A stretch of DNA of 64,000 nucleotides from Bacteroidaceae bacterium (GCA_017617575.1 JAFZVY010000048.1:12963-76962); one strand, 5' to 3'. Counted from the stretch's first letter, positions 1 through 10,332 are shown. Numbers and translations: made by a program. The notes: generated from the sequence alone by a model not told the origin.

Positions 1-574
1 GTTTCCTCACATCTGATGTTTATTGTATGAACAAACGTCAGGTGCGGAAAAGCGACAACTCCTTTGCCTCTCTAAAGGTGATTTATTCGTTCGACTATGG
101 CAGAAAGGTTAGCCGTTCTCCAAAGTATGAAACAAAGAGTGCAGAAAGCAATATTCTAAAATAACAAATATCTGAATAGCAAAAAGTGGCATAATATGTT
201 GCTACGAAATGGCAGAAATAAAATAGCATATTCATTTGGATAATAGTTACACCCATATCTCTCGTTCGGGAGATGTGGGTGTTAATCAATATATCGACTA
301 ACTACAGGCTTATATGAGACTTTCATGTGTTGTGTGTTTGCGTTGGGAGGTGTGCACGAAAGCCTAATTGTCTTTGTTAGTTGTAATTGTTGTTTGAGTG
401 TTATTCGGTATTGTGCTTTTTAAACCTTGGAGGTTTTGCTATGTCTTATTGTCGTGATTGATGAAAAACGGCTCGTCGATGAGGATCCAAGAGACGGACT
501 GTTGTCAACCTTATTTACCTTGTGGCTGAGGCTAATGCCAAGGCTGAATACTAACACTTTAATATCAAAGCTTT

Positions 575-961
575 ATGAAAAAGTTTTTTCTTTTAGTTAT
601 GGTTGCATTCGCAACTCTTGGAGCTTCTGCTCAGTTCAATTTTAACCCTGAAGATATGGCTAAGCGTCAGGCTGACAACTTGAAGGAGACTTGTGCCCTT
701 TCTCAGGAACAGTACGACAAGGTCCTCAAGCTTTATCTTGACAATGGCAAGAAGATGCAGGCTGAGCGTGACTCTATCCAGAAAGCTGGTGGACAGATGA
801 ACGTGGAGTCTTTCCGCGCTCGTCAGGAGAAGACAAACGCTTCACTCAAGGAAATCCTCACACAAGAGCAGTACGCTAAGTACGAGGAGATGCAGAAGCA
901 GATGAGAAGACGCTTCGGAGGTGGTGGCGATGGTGGCCATCGTCCTCGTCAGAGACAGTAA
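575..961 (+). CDS. Small secreted/periplasmic helical protein of unknown function
   Basis: Signal-peptide-like N-terminus MKKFFLLVMVAFATLGASAQ. Q/E/K-rich body and Gly/Arg-rich C-terminus. Followed by a hairpin terminator at 1018-1057. Confidence 0.6.
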   Translation: MKKFFLLVMVAFATLGASAQFNFNPEDMAKRQADNLKETCALSQEQYDKVLKLYLDNGKKMQAERDSIQKAGGQMNVESFRARQEKTNASLKEILTQEQYAKYEEMQKQMRRRFGGGGDGGHRPRQRQ

Positions 962-1017
962 GTCGATGTGCTCGCACTTTTGTTTGCAAACGCAAATGTG
1001 TGTGGCTTAATATATAG

Positions 1018-1057
1018 AAAAGCCGCATAATTGGATTGCTCCGATTATGCGGCTTTT
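1018..1057. terminator. Bidirectional rho-independent terminator between convergent genes
   Basis: Stem AGCCGCATAAT (1021-1031) pairs with ATTATGCGGCT (1044-1054). Flanked by AAA on the 5' side and TTT on the 3' side. Confidence 0.6.
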
Positions 1058-1137
1058 GCTATATCTGAGATGTTTGTGAAGCTTCGTCGTTTTTTACTTT
1101 ATTCTGAAGTTGTGGTGAGAACCTTTGCTTTGTGACG

Positions 1138-1572
1138 TTAATATTCCTCCTCGTCTTCGTCATCATCAAAGTCGAAGTCGTCATCGAAATCGCCAAAGTA
1201 GGCAGGTGTGATGAAGTCGTCAAGGTCACGACGCTCCTTCTTTGTTGGGCGTCCTGTACCACGTGCACGGTCTATGAAGCCACTAATCCTGTTCATCTCC
1301 AAGAGCTCGAGCTGCTTTGGAGATGTGACGTTCTGCATAACCTCAGGAACAAGTTTTGCTCCCACACGGTTCTGAATAGCCTTTAGCACCTTGAAGGAAT
1401 AGACAATAGGTCCTTTCTTGACATCCACGACGTCGCCTTCCTTTATCATCTTTGAAGGTTTCATCTTAACGCCACCCACGGTCACGCGTCCGTTCTTGCA
1501 TGCGTCTGCAGCAATGGTGCGTGTCTTGTATATACGGGCTGACCACAGCCACTTGTCAATTCTTGCTTCCAT
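1138..1572 (-). CDS. hslR: S4-domain RNA-binding protein, heat shock protein 15 (HslR)-like, with a poly-acidic C-terminal tail
   Basis: N-terminal RIDKWLWSARIYKTRTIAADACKNGRVTVGG matches the S4/Hsp15 pattern. C-terminus is DFDDDFDFDDDEDEEEY. Confidence 0.75.
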   Translation of the reverse strand: MEARIDKWLWSARIYKTRTIAADACKNGRVTVGGVKMKPSKMIKEGDVVDVKKGPIVYSFKVLKAIQNRVGAKLVPEVMQNVTSPKQLELLEMNRISGFIDRARGTGRPTKKERRDLDDFITPAYFGDFDDDFDFDDDEDEEEY

Positions 1573-1634
1573 GAGGATTCGTGTATTATTTCAAATGTCA
1601 AATATATAATTTGAGATTCCCCTTATCGACGGGG

Positions 1635-2198
1635 CTATTTCTTATTGTACTGGTTCATAGTGACAGTCAATCCTGCAAGGCAGAATGACTTTATCATCTC
1701 GCCCACATAGTCGAGTTTCTCGTCTATGACCGTCTGGTCTTCATCCGAGAACTTGCCAAGAACGAAATCGACCTGGCCACCCTTTGGGAATTCATTACCA
1801 ATACCAAACTTGATACGTGAATAGTTTTCCGTACCGAGGAGTTGTGCGATGTTCTTGAGACCATTATGGCCACCTGCGCTACCATTGCCACGCATACGAA
1901 TCTTGCCAACAGGGAGAGAGAGGTCGTCAACGAGAATGAGTACGTTCTCTACGTTTATCTTCTCCTGCTGCATCCAGTAGCGTACAGCCTGACCAGAGAG
2001 GTTCATGTATGTGGAAGGCTTGAGAAGAGTAATCTCGGCATTCTTCACACGGCAATGAGCCACAGCGCCATAACGCTTGTCAGCCCACTCTGCACTTTGA
2101 GCCTTGGCGAAGGCGTCAATAAGCATGAAGCCGACATTGTGACGAGTACCTGCATATTCGTCACCTATATTACCAAGACCTACTATAAGATATTTCAT
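1635..2198 (-). CDS. pth: Peptidyl-tRNA hydrolase
   Basis: [12 protein letters not shown]...TRHNVGF...GGHNGLKNI motifs. The ORF extends to 2252, but the internal Met at 2198 gives the canonical N-terminus. Confidence 0.9.
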   Translation of the reverse strand: MKYLIVGLGNIGDEYAGTRHNVGFMLIDAFAKAQSAEWADKRYGAVAHCRVKNAEITLLKPSTYMNLSGQAVRYWMQQEKINVENVLILVDDLSLPVGKIRMRGNGSAGGHNGLKNIAQLLGTENYSRIKFGIGNEFPKGGQVDFVLGKFSDEDQTVIDEKLDYVGEMIKSFCLAGLTVTMNQYNKK

Positions 2199-2330
2199 AC
2201 TATTGTCTGTTTCTGGTTCAGGACGTTTCCTGAACAAATTAAAGAAAAACATTGTGCTGTTTTGAGGTGATAAAAAAAGAGGCTGCGTGAGTTAACACTA
2301 CAGCCCCTATAATTTCAGATAATCGCCTGA

Positions 2331-2927
2331 TTACTTGTTGTTCTCTGCCTGTGCAGCACGAGCAGCACGAGTCATACGAACTGCACATACAACAACCTCC
2401 TTAGAAGTGACGATCTCAAGACCATCGTAAGAGAGAGCTGCAACCTTCATAGACTTACCGAGACCGAGGTTTGTAACGTCGATGTCGAGTGTGTCTGGGA
2501 ACTTAGTGTAGAGAGCCTTAACAGCGAGCTTGCGTACGTTGAGAGCGAGCTTACCACCGGCCTTAACACCTTCTGCGAGTCCGTTGAGCTTAACAGGAAT
2601 CTGCATAACAACTGGCTTGTCTTCTGTAATCTGGTAGAAGTCAACGTGTACTGGGTGATCAGTAACGAAGTCAGACTGGAGATCCTTGAGGATAGCCTTG
2701 ACTGTAGTGCCCTCGATGTTGAGGTTTACGATGTAAACGTTTGGAGTGTAGAGGAGCTTTGCAAGTTCCTTCTCTGCGATAGTGATAGCCTTAGCTACTG
2801 GAGCACCGTTAGCATCCTTTTCTACACCGTAAACTACTGCTGGAACGTTACCTGCACGACGCATGTCGCGACCTGCCTTCTTACCAAACTCAGTACGTAC
2901 CTGAGCGTTGAGAGTGATTTCTTTCAT
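2331..2927 (-). CDS. rplY: 50S ribosomal protein L25 / general stress protein Ctc
   Basis: About 198 aa, with the N-terminal pattern LNAQVRTEFGKKAGRDMRRAGNVPAVVYG typical of L25/Ctc. Adjacent to pth, as in many bacteria. Confidence 0.9.
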   Translation of the reverse strand: MKEITLNAQVRTEFGKKAGRDMRRAGNVPAVVYGVEKDANGAPVAKAITIAEKELAKLLYTPNVYIVNLNIEGTTVKAILKDLQSDFVTDHPVHVDFYQITEDKPVVMQIPVKLNGLAEGVKAGGKLALNVRKLAVKALYTKFPDTLDIDVTNLGLGKSMKVAALSYDGLEIVTSKEVVVCAVRMTRAARAAQAENNK

Positions 2928-3473
2928 TTTTTTTGAAAAAATTTGTGTTACTATAAATTAAGTATAAATGCTTAATTCGCCATCACACAATGGGGAAACC
3001 CCTTTCTGTGTTGCTCAAAAAGCGGTGCAAAGGTACAACTAATATGCGACACTTCAAAGCAAACATCTTCTTTTTTATGCTCGTCACATTACTTTTTGTG
3101 CATTTCTTGACATTCTCGCACCTAAAATCACGTTATTTTAGGGTGAAAAGTCGAAGTATATTGCTTTTTATATATGCAGAGTCAAAAGAAAACATTATAT
3201 TTGCACTCGATTATGGTATGTTCTAGCTATTATCTCAGAATGATTACGAGCAAAGTTTGGCACATCGTTTTGCAAAATCGCGCAGATGTCTGCGAACTAC
3301 TAATTAACTGATAAGGACAGCAAAAACAACTTTTATGCAGAATGAATGTGCAAAGTAAGCCCAAAGCACCAAAGTCAATTCACGTGCATTCAGTAATGTT
3401 AGGACAACATTTTAGGTTTAATGATCGTTAGAGAACAGTCAAAAAAAGTTACAGAAAAAGAGATTTTTGTATT

Positions 3474-4400
3474 ATGATTAACCGTACGCTTATTCGTCTG
3501 AAGATCGTGCAGCTTATGTACGCATACTATCAGAATGGGGGAAAAAACATTGAGACTGCTGAGAAGGAGCTTCTCTTCAGCTTGTCTAAGGCTTATGATT
3601 TGTACAACTACCTTCTCATGCTTATGGTAGCAATTTCACGTTACGCCCTGACACAGGTGGAACGCAAGGAGGAAATCAATCGTACAACTCATAGCGACGA
3701 GAAGGTGAGCCGTAGATTTGTGGATAACCGCTTCGTCTTGCAGTTAGAGTCTAATCTCCAGCTTGAGGAATACAGGCAGAGACAGAAGAAGACTTGGGAT
3801 AACAACATTGATTACGTCAAGAAGATTTACGAGCAGATTATCGCATCCGACGCTTACAAGGAGTACATGGAGGCTGAAAGCGTGTCTTACGCTGACGACC
3901 GTGAACTCTGGCGCAAGATATACAAGAGCATCATCATGAAGGATGAGGCACTTGACGACGTGCTTGAGGAGCAGAGCCTCTACTGGAACGATGACCGCTC
4001 AATCGTGGATACATTCATTCTCAAGACCATCAAGCGTTTTGAGGAGGATAAGGCTGAGCATCAGGAACTCGTACCTGAGTACAACGATGACGAAGACCGC
4101 GAGTTTGCGCTCCGTCTCTTCCGTCGTACAATACTTAATGACGAGTACTATCGCTCACTCATCAGCAAGTGTGTAAAGAACTGGGAGTTCAACCGTCTTG
4201 CATACATGGACATTGTCATTATGCAGATTGCCGTTGCCGAGATTCTCAGCTTCCCACTCATACCTGTATCAGTCACTATCAACGAGTATGTTGAGATTGC
4301 CAAGTGGTACAGCACACCTAAGAGTGGTGGCTACGTAAACGGTATCGTTGATGCTGTGGCAAAGATGCTCCGCAAGGAGAAAAAGATTACAAAGGAATAA
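3474..4400 (+). CDS. nusB: Transcription antitermination factor NusB (long Bacteroidota form)
   Basis: N-terminal RTLIRLKIVQLMYAYYQ and C-terminal NusB-like helices (WEFNRLAYMDIVIMQIAVAEIL ... INEYVEIAKWYSTPKSGGYVNGIVD). Followed by yajC, as in Bacteroidales. Confidence 0.85.
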   Translation: MINRTLIRLKIVQLMYAYYQNGGKNIETAEKELLFSLSKAYDLYNYLLMLMVAISRYALTQVERKEEINRTTHSDEKVSRRFVDNRFVLQLESNLQLEEYRQRQKKTWDNNIDYVKKIYEQIIASDAYKEYMEAESVSYADDRELWRKIYKSIIMKDEALDDVLEEQSLYWNDDRSIVDTFILKTIKRFEEDKAEHQELVPEYNDDEDREFALRLFRRTILNDEYYRSLISKCVKNWEFNRLAYMDIVIMQIAVAEILSFPLIPVSVTINEYVEIAKWYSTPKSGGYVNGIVDAVAKMLRKEKKITKE

Positions 4401-4429
4401 GTAACTCTTAAATTAACAAAAATAAAAAA

Positions 4430-4744
4430 ATGAATTTAGCAACAATTTTACAGGCACAAGGTGGCGGAAGCCCATACAGCATGATTATCATGCTTGTTCT
4501 TATGGTTGCAATCTTCTACTTCTTCATGATTCGTCCACAGAACAAGAGAAGAAAAGAGATTGAGGAGTTCCGCAACAACCTTACTAAGGGAAGCGAGGTT
4601 GTAACTGCAAGCGGAGTATATGGCAAGGTGGCTAACCTCAACGAGGGTGAACCTTACATCTCAATCGAGATTGCAAATGGCGTAGTCATCAAGGTTGACC
4701 GCAACTACGTTTACGCCAAGGGCAACCAGCCAATGCAGCAGTAA
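4430..4744 (+). CDS. yajC: Preprotein translocase subunit YajC
   Basis: 104 aa with a single TM helix, followed by FFMIRPQNKRRKE and a GVYGKV ... V beta-rich C-terminus. Confidence 0.85.
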   Translation: MNLATILQAQGGGSPYSMIIMLVLMVAIFYFFMIRPQNKRRKEIEEFRNNLTKGSEVVTASGVYGKVANLNEGEPYISIEIANGVVIKVDRNYVYAKGNQPMQQ

Positions 4745-4768
4745 TCAACGGACAAAGGAGAAAGAGGA

Positions 4769-5770
4769 ATGGAGGAGAATGCAAACATATCTGCATCCAG
4801 AATCTTAGGTTTCTTTAAGTTAGCATACAGAAGATTGCGGTTGGTAAAAATCAATCGCAATCTTTTGGTGTACCTCGTGTTCTTCGTCATCTCCATTGGA
4901 TTCTGGTGTCTGCAAACCCTCAAGGAAGAGACAACACTCGTACTCGACTTCACTTACGAGATAACTGGAGTGCCAAAGAACGTGGTGTTCACTTCCGAGT
5001 TGCCACAATATATAAAGGTGACGGCTAAGGGACGAGGCTTCGACTTCCTCGAGCACATCAGCAAGTCCAGCAATCACATCGCAATACCTTACGATGCGCT
5101 ACAGAAAAAGAGGGGCAAGGCGTTTACCGAACCGATGTACATCCGTCGTCAGATGCAGAAGCAACTTGGAGCTTCCATAGAAGTTACCGCTTGCGCCCCA
5201 AGCACACTGGATACCTACTACTCAACAGGCAAGAAGAAACGAGTACCTGTACTTTTTGGAGGAAAGGTACAAGTGGGAATCCAGCACGTACTCGGACAGA
5301 TTCACATCAAGCCTGACTCAGTCGACATCTACGCCCCACAAGGGCTGTACGACAGCGTGCAATGCGTCTATACGGACAATACGTTCTACAGACACGTGGA
5401 GGACACAATCAATGACCGCCTCGCCATCAGACACATTCACGGTGTGAAGATAATACCAGACTCCGTCAAGGTACAGATATGTGTTGACCTCTTCACCGAG
5501 AAGAAGATAAACGTACCTGTTTACTGTGAGAACTGCCCTCCAAACAAGGTGGTGCGCACCTTCCCTATCAAGGCAGAGGTGACATTCCATGTCAGCACCA
5601 ACATGTACAACAAGATTACGGAGAAGGACTTCCTCTTGGTCATTGACTACAACGACATCATACAGAATCCTGCAAGATGTCAGGTGCAGTTACGAAGTTT
5701 CCCACGGGAAGTGTCACACATCCACGTCTCACCAGAAGCCGTGGAATATGTGATTGAACAAGCGGACTAA
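4769..5770 (+). CDS. YbbR-like domain membrane-anchored protein
   Basis: One N-terminal TM helix followed by repeated beta-rich segments (VPKNVVFTS..P..IKVTAKG, PDSVKVQICVD). Conserved position between yajC and coaE in Bacteroidales. Confidence 0.6.
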   Translation: MEENANISASRILGFFKLAYRRLRLVKINRNLLVYLVFFVISIGFWCLQTLKEETTLVLDFTYEITGVPKNVVFTSELPQYIKVTAKGRGFDFLEHISKSSNHIAIPYDALQKKRGKAFTEPMYIRRQMQKQLGASIEVTACAPSTLDTYYSTGKKKRVPVLFGGKVQVGIQHVLGQIHIKPDSVDIYAPQGLYDSVQCVYTDNTFYRHVEDTINDRLAIRHIHGVKIIPDSVKVQICVDLFTEKKINVPVYCENCPPNKVVRTFPIKAEVTFHVSTNMYNKITEKDFLLVIDYNDIIQNPARCQVQLRSFPREVSHIHVSPEAVEYVIEQAD

Positions 5771-5868
5771 TCCCACACTCTGTGTGGTGATGTCAAATGT
5801 ATGCCTTCGGGTAGAAGATTTCCGGAGGCATAGATTATAAATTTGAGATTTGAAATTCCATAAATAGC
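5771..5868. repeat. REP-like intergenic element (TATGCCTTCGG...CCGGAGGCATA hairpin flanked by AAATTTGAGATTTGAAATT words)
   Basis: Hairpin at 5800-5832 plus a short CCACAC/GTGTGG hairpin at 5773-5787. The same family occurs at 13637-13781 and 53632-53863. Confidence 0.7.
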
Positions 5869-6459
5869 ATGCGAATAGGAATAACAGGTGGAATAGGAAG
5901 CGGTAAGAGTTACATCTGCAATCTACTCAGGGAACGTGGATATGAGGTGTACAACTGCGACGACGAAGCAAAGCGTCTTATGGTTGAGGATGATACCATC
6001 ATCTCGCAACTCAAGGCACTCATAGGCGACGATGCCTATACACCTGATGGTGCGCTTAACAAACCAGTCATTGCCCAGTTCCTATTCTCGGATGCAAGCA
6101 ATGGCGCAAAGGTGAACAGCATCGTTCATCCAGCCGTGAAGAAGGACTATCTACGATGGGCAGAAGGCAAGAGCATCGCTTTTATGGAATGTGCCATACT
6201 CTTTGAGTCTGGTTTCGACAATGTGGTCGACTTTACCGTCCTTGTCTGGGCAGATGCAAAGAATCGTCTAAAGCGAGCCATGAAGCGAGACAATGCCACA
6301 AAGGAACAGATTGAGGCACGCATGGAAGCACAAATATCTGATGATGAAGCAAGGCTAAGAGCCGACTACATCTTCAGACACAACGATTACGACACAACAG
6401 AAAATGAGATGAACAAACTCATTCATTATATTAATGAGAAATTAAGGGCTGGAAATTGA
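5869..6459 (+). CDS. coaE: Dephospho-CoA kinase
   Basis: P-loop ITGGIGSGKS at the N-terminus. Size of about 196 aa and the VHPAV motif. Confidence 0.85.
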   Translation: MRIGITGGIGSGKSYICNLLRERGYEVYNCDDEAKRLMVEDDTIISQLKALIGDDAYTPDGALNKPVIAQFLFSDASNGAKVNSIVHPAVKKDYLRWAEGKSIAFMECAILFESGFDNVVDFTVLVWADAKNRLKRAMKRDNATKEQIEARMEAQISDDEARLRADYIFRHNDYDTTENEMNKLIHYINEKLRAGN

Positions 6460-6557
6460 TAGCTTAATTTCACCCAAAAACAAAAGAGTAACAACTCCTC
6501 GTCCTGAAAGTAAGGGGCGGTGGAAGGTCAGATAAAAACTAAAAACATTATACAATT

Positions 6558-6980
6558 ATGCTTAAAACAATTCTCGCCATTTCAGGCAAGCCAGGACTCT
6601 ACCGCCTCGTATCACGTGGCAACAAGAGCCTTATCGTAGAAACAGTAGATGACGCAAAGAAGCGCATGCCAGCATTCGGAGCAGACAAGGTCGTTTCACT
6701 TGCAGACATCTCTATCTATACAAATGATGACAGTGAGGTAAGTCTCGCATCAGTATTCGAGTCAATCAAGAAGAACTATGACGGCAAGGCTGTTGACCTC
6801 TCTCCAAAGAAGGCAGAGCAGGATGACATCGTTGCATTCTTTGCAAAGGTGCTTCCAAACTACGACACAGACCGTGTACGTGTAAGCGATATGCGCAAGG
6901 TACTCGCATGGTACAACCTCCTCGTAAACTACGGCATCACAGAGTTCGAGGAAACTGCACCTGCAGCAGAAGAGAAGTAA
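6558..6980 (+). CDS. Conserved Bacteroidota protein of unknown function (DUF5606-like)
   Basis: N-terminus MLKTILAISGKPGLYRLVSRG recalls the DUF5606 family. No TM segment or signal peptide. Confidence 0.55.
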   Translation: MLKTILAISGKPGLYRLVSRGNKSLIVETVDDAKKRMPAFGADKVVSLADISIYTNDDSEVSLASVFESIKKNYDGKAVDLSPKKAEQDDIVAFFAKVLPNYDTDRVRVSDMRKVLAWYNLLVNYGITEFEETAPAAEEK

Positions 6981-7001
6981 TACTTCATTCTGATATATAA
7001 A

Positions 7002-7034
7002 CAAAGGCTGACTTCATCCCGAAGTCAGCCTTTG
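7002..7034. terminator. Hairpin terminator
   Basis: CAAAGGCTGACTTC (7002-7015) pairs with GAAGTCAGCCTTTG (7021-7034), followed by a T-rich run. Confidence 0.7.
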
Positions 7035-7113
7035 TTTCGTTTTGTAGGTTCTGTAGATAGACTATATGCTTGTCGAAAAATGACATTGCTATCATTCCGT
7101 ATAGTGCTCAAAG

Positions 7114-7150
7114 AAAAAGCCGTTCGGAATAGGTATCCGAACGGCTTTTT
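7114..7150. terminator. Bidirectional hairpin terminator 3' of pepC
   Basis: AAAAAGCCGTTCGGA (7114-7128) pairs with TCCGAACGGCTTTTT (7136-7150). Confidence 0.7.
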
Positions 7151-7175
7151 TGTTCCCCAAAAGATATGGGAATGT

Positions 7176-8558
7176 TTAGTCCTCGCAACTGAACATTGGG
7201 TCCCAGCATGGGAGGAGGGTAGGCTTCTGCTGTGCAGCCTTGAGAATCTTTTCGGTTGCGTATTTCTTGTTGATGACAAGGCGGAACATGTAGTTGTCGA
7301 ACCATTCGTCTGTCATGATGATGTGTCCTTTGTGACCGTAAGATGCACCCCATGAGTTCTCTACTTCCCACTTTGTTGGCTTGCCGTTCTCGTCGAGGTC
7401 AACTGCCTTGAGAGTCATGGCGTGAGTTGAACCTGAGTCGAATGATTTGATGCGCTGTGCCTTGTCCATACCGAACTTAACACCGAAGATGTCATCGTAG
7501 TTGTAGTTGCTGAGGTCAGAGATACCTGTTGTACGGTCGAGGTATTTGCTTACGTCGCAAGAGAAGTACATCATTGTTGAGTCCTTGATGCTTGCGATGG
7601 CTACTTCCTTGATATCCTCCATAGGAAGGTTGAGGTAGAGCCAGTTGTGTCCGTCGTATGTGTGGCGGTCGTACTGAATCTCGTATGTCTTCCAGTACTC
7701 ACGACTTGGGTCGTTCATGAGCATGATGTAGTCGTTCTGGAGGTCGAGGTTAATGAACTCCTTGTAGAATGACTGTGGAGTGTATGTCTTAGGTGTGCTG
7801 AGATACTTGCCGTTCTCATCCTTTGGTGCCCATGTGAATTCTGTGACTGGTGTGCCAAGTCCGAGTACGAGCATCTTGTAAATCTCAGAGAGGTAAGCCT
7901 GCTTCTTTGCCTGAAGCACCTTGTCTGATGCCTTGGCATCGGCACGGAGGGCGAGTGCGTCCTCACGGAGCTTGCGCTTGAGGAATGTAGTGAACTGTGA
8001 AGTGTTCTTAGCTGTGTAGTTGTCTGGCATTACGCCTGATGGTACTACTCCGTACTTGGCAACGAGGTCGGCAACACCTGTGAATGTACCACCGTCAGAT
8101 AGTGGGTTCTGGAAGAGCCACATGACTGTCTGGTCGTCCATAGGCTTCTTGCGTGTGTCAATGATTGCCTGAAGGAAGAGGTTTGACTTCTCAAGCTGGT
8201 CGTAGAAGAACAAGTAGTTCTGTGACAACTCAAGGGAATTGAGCTTCTGCTCGTTAATCATCTTGGCACGGAGTACGTTCATGCCTGTGAAGAGCCAGCA
8301 ACGTCCGCTTGAACTCTGGTCTGTTATTCCTTTTGATGGTACGGAGTTGCTGAAGTATGTATCCTTTTCTTTCTTTGCCTCTGGGTTGAGTGCAAGAGTG
8401 GCAACGCTACCATTTGAGAGTGCGTTGTGGATTGCCTTGTTTGCGCCAGTGAGAGTATTCTCCTTTGCAAACTTCTGAAGCATGTCAGGTGTGATGCTCT
8501 GCGCAAATGCGCCTGTAGCCATTGTGGCAAGGGCTAATGTGATAATTGATTTTTTCAT
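7176..8558 (-). CDS. pepC: Aminopeptidase C / bleomycin-hydrolase-like C1 cysteine peptidase, secreted
   Basis: Signal peptide present. Catalytic-Cys context SSSGRCWLFTG. C-terminal ENSWGASYGHKGH papain-like His region. Confidence 0.85.
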   Translation of the reverse strand: MKKSIITLALATMATGAFAQSITPDMLQKFAKENTLTGANKAIHNALSNGSVATLALNPEAKKEKDTYFSNSVPSKGITDQSSSGRCWLFTGMNVLRAKMINEQKLNSLELSQNYLFFYDQLEKSNLFLQAIIDTRKKPMDDQTVMWLFQNPLSDGGTFTGVADLVAKYGVVPSGVMPDNYTAKNTSQFTTFLKRKLREDALALRADAKASDKVLQAKKQAYLSEIYKMLVLGLGTPVTEFTWAPKDENGKYLSTPKTYTPQSFYKEFINLDLQNDYIMLMNDPSREYWKTYEIQYDRHTYDGHNWLYLNLPMEDIKEVAIASIKDSTMMYFSCDVSKYLDRTTGISDLSNYNYDDIFGVKFGMDKAQRIKSFDSGSTHAMTLKAVDLDENGKPTKWEVENSWGASYGHKGHIIMTDEWFDNYMFRLVINKKYATEKILKAAQQKPTLLPCWDPMFSCED

Positions 8559-8825
8559 ATAATTTTGAGTTTGTAAGTTTCTGAGTTCTTAAGTTTTTGA
8601 GTTTGTGAGTTTTTTAGTTATTGCAGAGGAATGGAAGTGGGAATTAACAATTAATAATTAATAATTAACATGCAAGTTCGCTGAGCGATGGAAATGAGCG
8701 AGAGGACTATCAAATCCTCATTTCTAATTCCACATTCCTCATTCCTCATTGTTCCGGATGGACGCCCCGTTACTTCCCTTCGGTCAGTGAGACCACTTCG
8801 CTTAGTTCTTAATTCCTTATATAAT

Positions 8826-10277
8826 TTAGTTCCTAATTCTTTTTATTTTCCAGCCGATGGCGGCAACGAAGCAGCTCATGAATGGACTGAGGTAATTGAA
8901 GAAGCAATAAGGAAGGTACGCAATGGTTGGAACACCGAGGACGGTGGCTTGTGTCATACCGCAGGTGCTCCAAGGGATGAGTACGGATGTTACCGTGGCA
9001 GAGTCCTCTGTGGTGCGTGAGAGAAGTTCAGGTGCGTAGCCTTTCTCCTTATACAAGTCCTTGTACATGCTTGCTGACACGATGATGGCGATATATTGGT
9101 CGCTGGTCGTGATGTTGAGCAGAAAGCCTGTGGCTGCTGTGGCAGATACAAGCGAGCATGCACCCTTGATGAAACGCATGATGACGAGTGTGAGGCTGTG
9201 GAGCATACCGCTTGCGGTCATTACTCCACCGAAACACATGGCGCAAAGGATGAGCCAGATGGTGTTCATCATACCTGCCATACCACCTGTAGATACGAGG
9301 TCGTTGAGTGTGGCGTTGCCTGTCTCAACGGCTGTTGAGCCGTACCATGTCATCATCACTCCCTTGGCAAGGTTGGCTGCAGATATGGTGTCGCATCCTG
9401 CCACTTCGATAAGGATGTGTGGTTGGAGTATGATTGCGCATATTCCTGCTGCAAGTGAAGATACGGAAAGGGTGATGAGAGATGGTACTTTCTTGGCTAT
9501 GAGTATAGCTGTTACGACTGGCACAACCATTGTCCACAGGGATATGTTGAAAGTACGTGAAAGTCCCTCGGTGTATTCTGCTATGTGAGCCTGTTCACCG
9601 TTGTACCAGAATCCTGCGAGGAGGAAGATGATGAGCGTTATGGAAATGCTCGGTACGGTGGTGAAGGTCATGTAGCGAATATGCTTGAACAGGTCTGTTC
9701 CTGCTGCTGAGGAAGCGAGGATGGTGGTGTCAGAAAGTGGTGACACCTTGTCGCCGAAGTATGCACCCGAAATGATTGCACCTGCCGTCCAAGGGGCAGG
9801 TATGGAAAGGGCGTCGCCAATACCTATGAGTGCAATACCAATGGTTGCTACCGTTGTCCACGAACTACCTGTGACGACGCTCACCAGAGAACAGATGACG
9901 CAGGAACTCACGAGGAAGAACTGTGGCGACATAATCTGTACTCCGTAATAGATGAGCGTAGGAACTACTCCGCTTATCATCCAAGAGCCAGACATCATGC
10001 CGATGATGATGAGAATGACGATAGACACGGATGCCTGTCCTATTGTGTTCACGATGCTGTCCTCGAACTTCTGCCAAGACATATCGTAAATCCACATCGA
10101 GAGGCAGACACATACGCCTGTTGCCACGAGGAGCGACACTTGGTTTCCACCGTCGAGGGCATCACTCCCGAAGAGAGCGATGGAGAGCGAAACCATTGCT
10201 ATCAGTACGAGCAAGGGTAGTAATGATACCCATGCAGATGGTAGTTTTACGTTGCTTTCTTCCATAATTGGGTGCAA
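8826..10277 (-). CDS. nhaC: Na+/H+ antiporter NhaC family
   Basis: 483 aa polytopic membrane protein with about 12 hydrophobic segments. Overall resemblance to the NhaC family, from memory. Confidence 0.75.
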   Translation of the reverse strand: MHPIMEESNVKLPSAWVSLLPLLVLIAMVSLSIALFGSDALDGGNQVSLLVATGVCVCLSMWIYDMSWQKFEDSIVNTIGQASVSIVILIIIGMMSGSWMISGVVPTLIYYGVQIMSPQFFLVSSCVICSLVSVVTGSSWTTVATIGIALIGIGDALSIPAPWTAGAIISGAYFGDKVSPLSDTTILASSAAGTDLFKHIRYMTFTTVPSISITLIIFLLAGFWYNGEQAHIAEYTEGLSRTFNISLWTMVVPVVTAILIAKKVPSLITLSVSSLAAGICAIILQPHILIEVAGCDTISAANLAKGVMMTWYGSTAVETGNATLNDLVSTGGMAGMMNTIWLILCAMCFGGVMTASGMLHSLTLVIMRFIKGACSLVSATAATGFLLNITTSDQYIAIIVSASMYKDLYKEKGYAPELLSRTTEDSATVTSVLIPWSTCGMTQATVLGVPTIAYLPYCFFNYLSPFMSCFVAAIGWKIKRIRN

Positions 10278-10298
10278 AGTTAGTGTTTTTTTAACATT

Positions 10299-10332
10299 TT
10301 TGACAGAATGTTTTTTTTTATTGTTACCTTTG
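10299..10332 (+). promoter_or_regulatory. Possible Bacteroidota sigma-A promoter for the polysaccharide locus
   Basis: TTTG (10299-10302), 22 nt spacer, TACCTTTG (10325-10332). The spacer is slightly longer than the consensus. Confidence 0.3.

Noticed and set aside
1-574. ORFs 95-289 (minus) and 427-645 (plus), and a hairpin ACACCCATATCTC...GAGATGTGGGTGT near 250-284
   Set aside because: The ORFs have implausible composition and no motifs. The hairpin is probably a terminator of a gene outside the window, and the strand cannot be assigned.
2990-3226. 78-aa ORF in the rplY-nusB divergent intergenic region
   Set aside because: It is AT-rich, low-complexity and hydrophobic with no motif, and more likely promoter DNA. 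A TATATTTG motif at 3196-3203 lacks a good -33 partner.
8688-9020. 110-aa plus-strand ORF
   Set aside because: It starts in word-repeat intergenic DNA and runs antisense into the 3' end of nhaC, with a low-complexity N-terminus.
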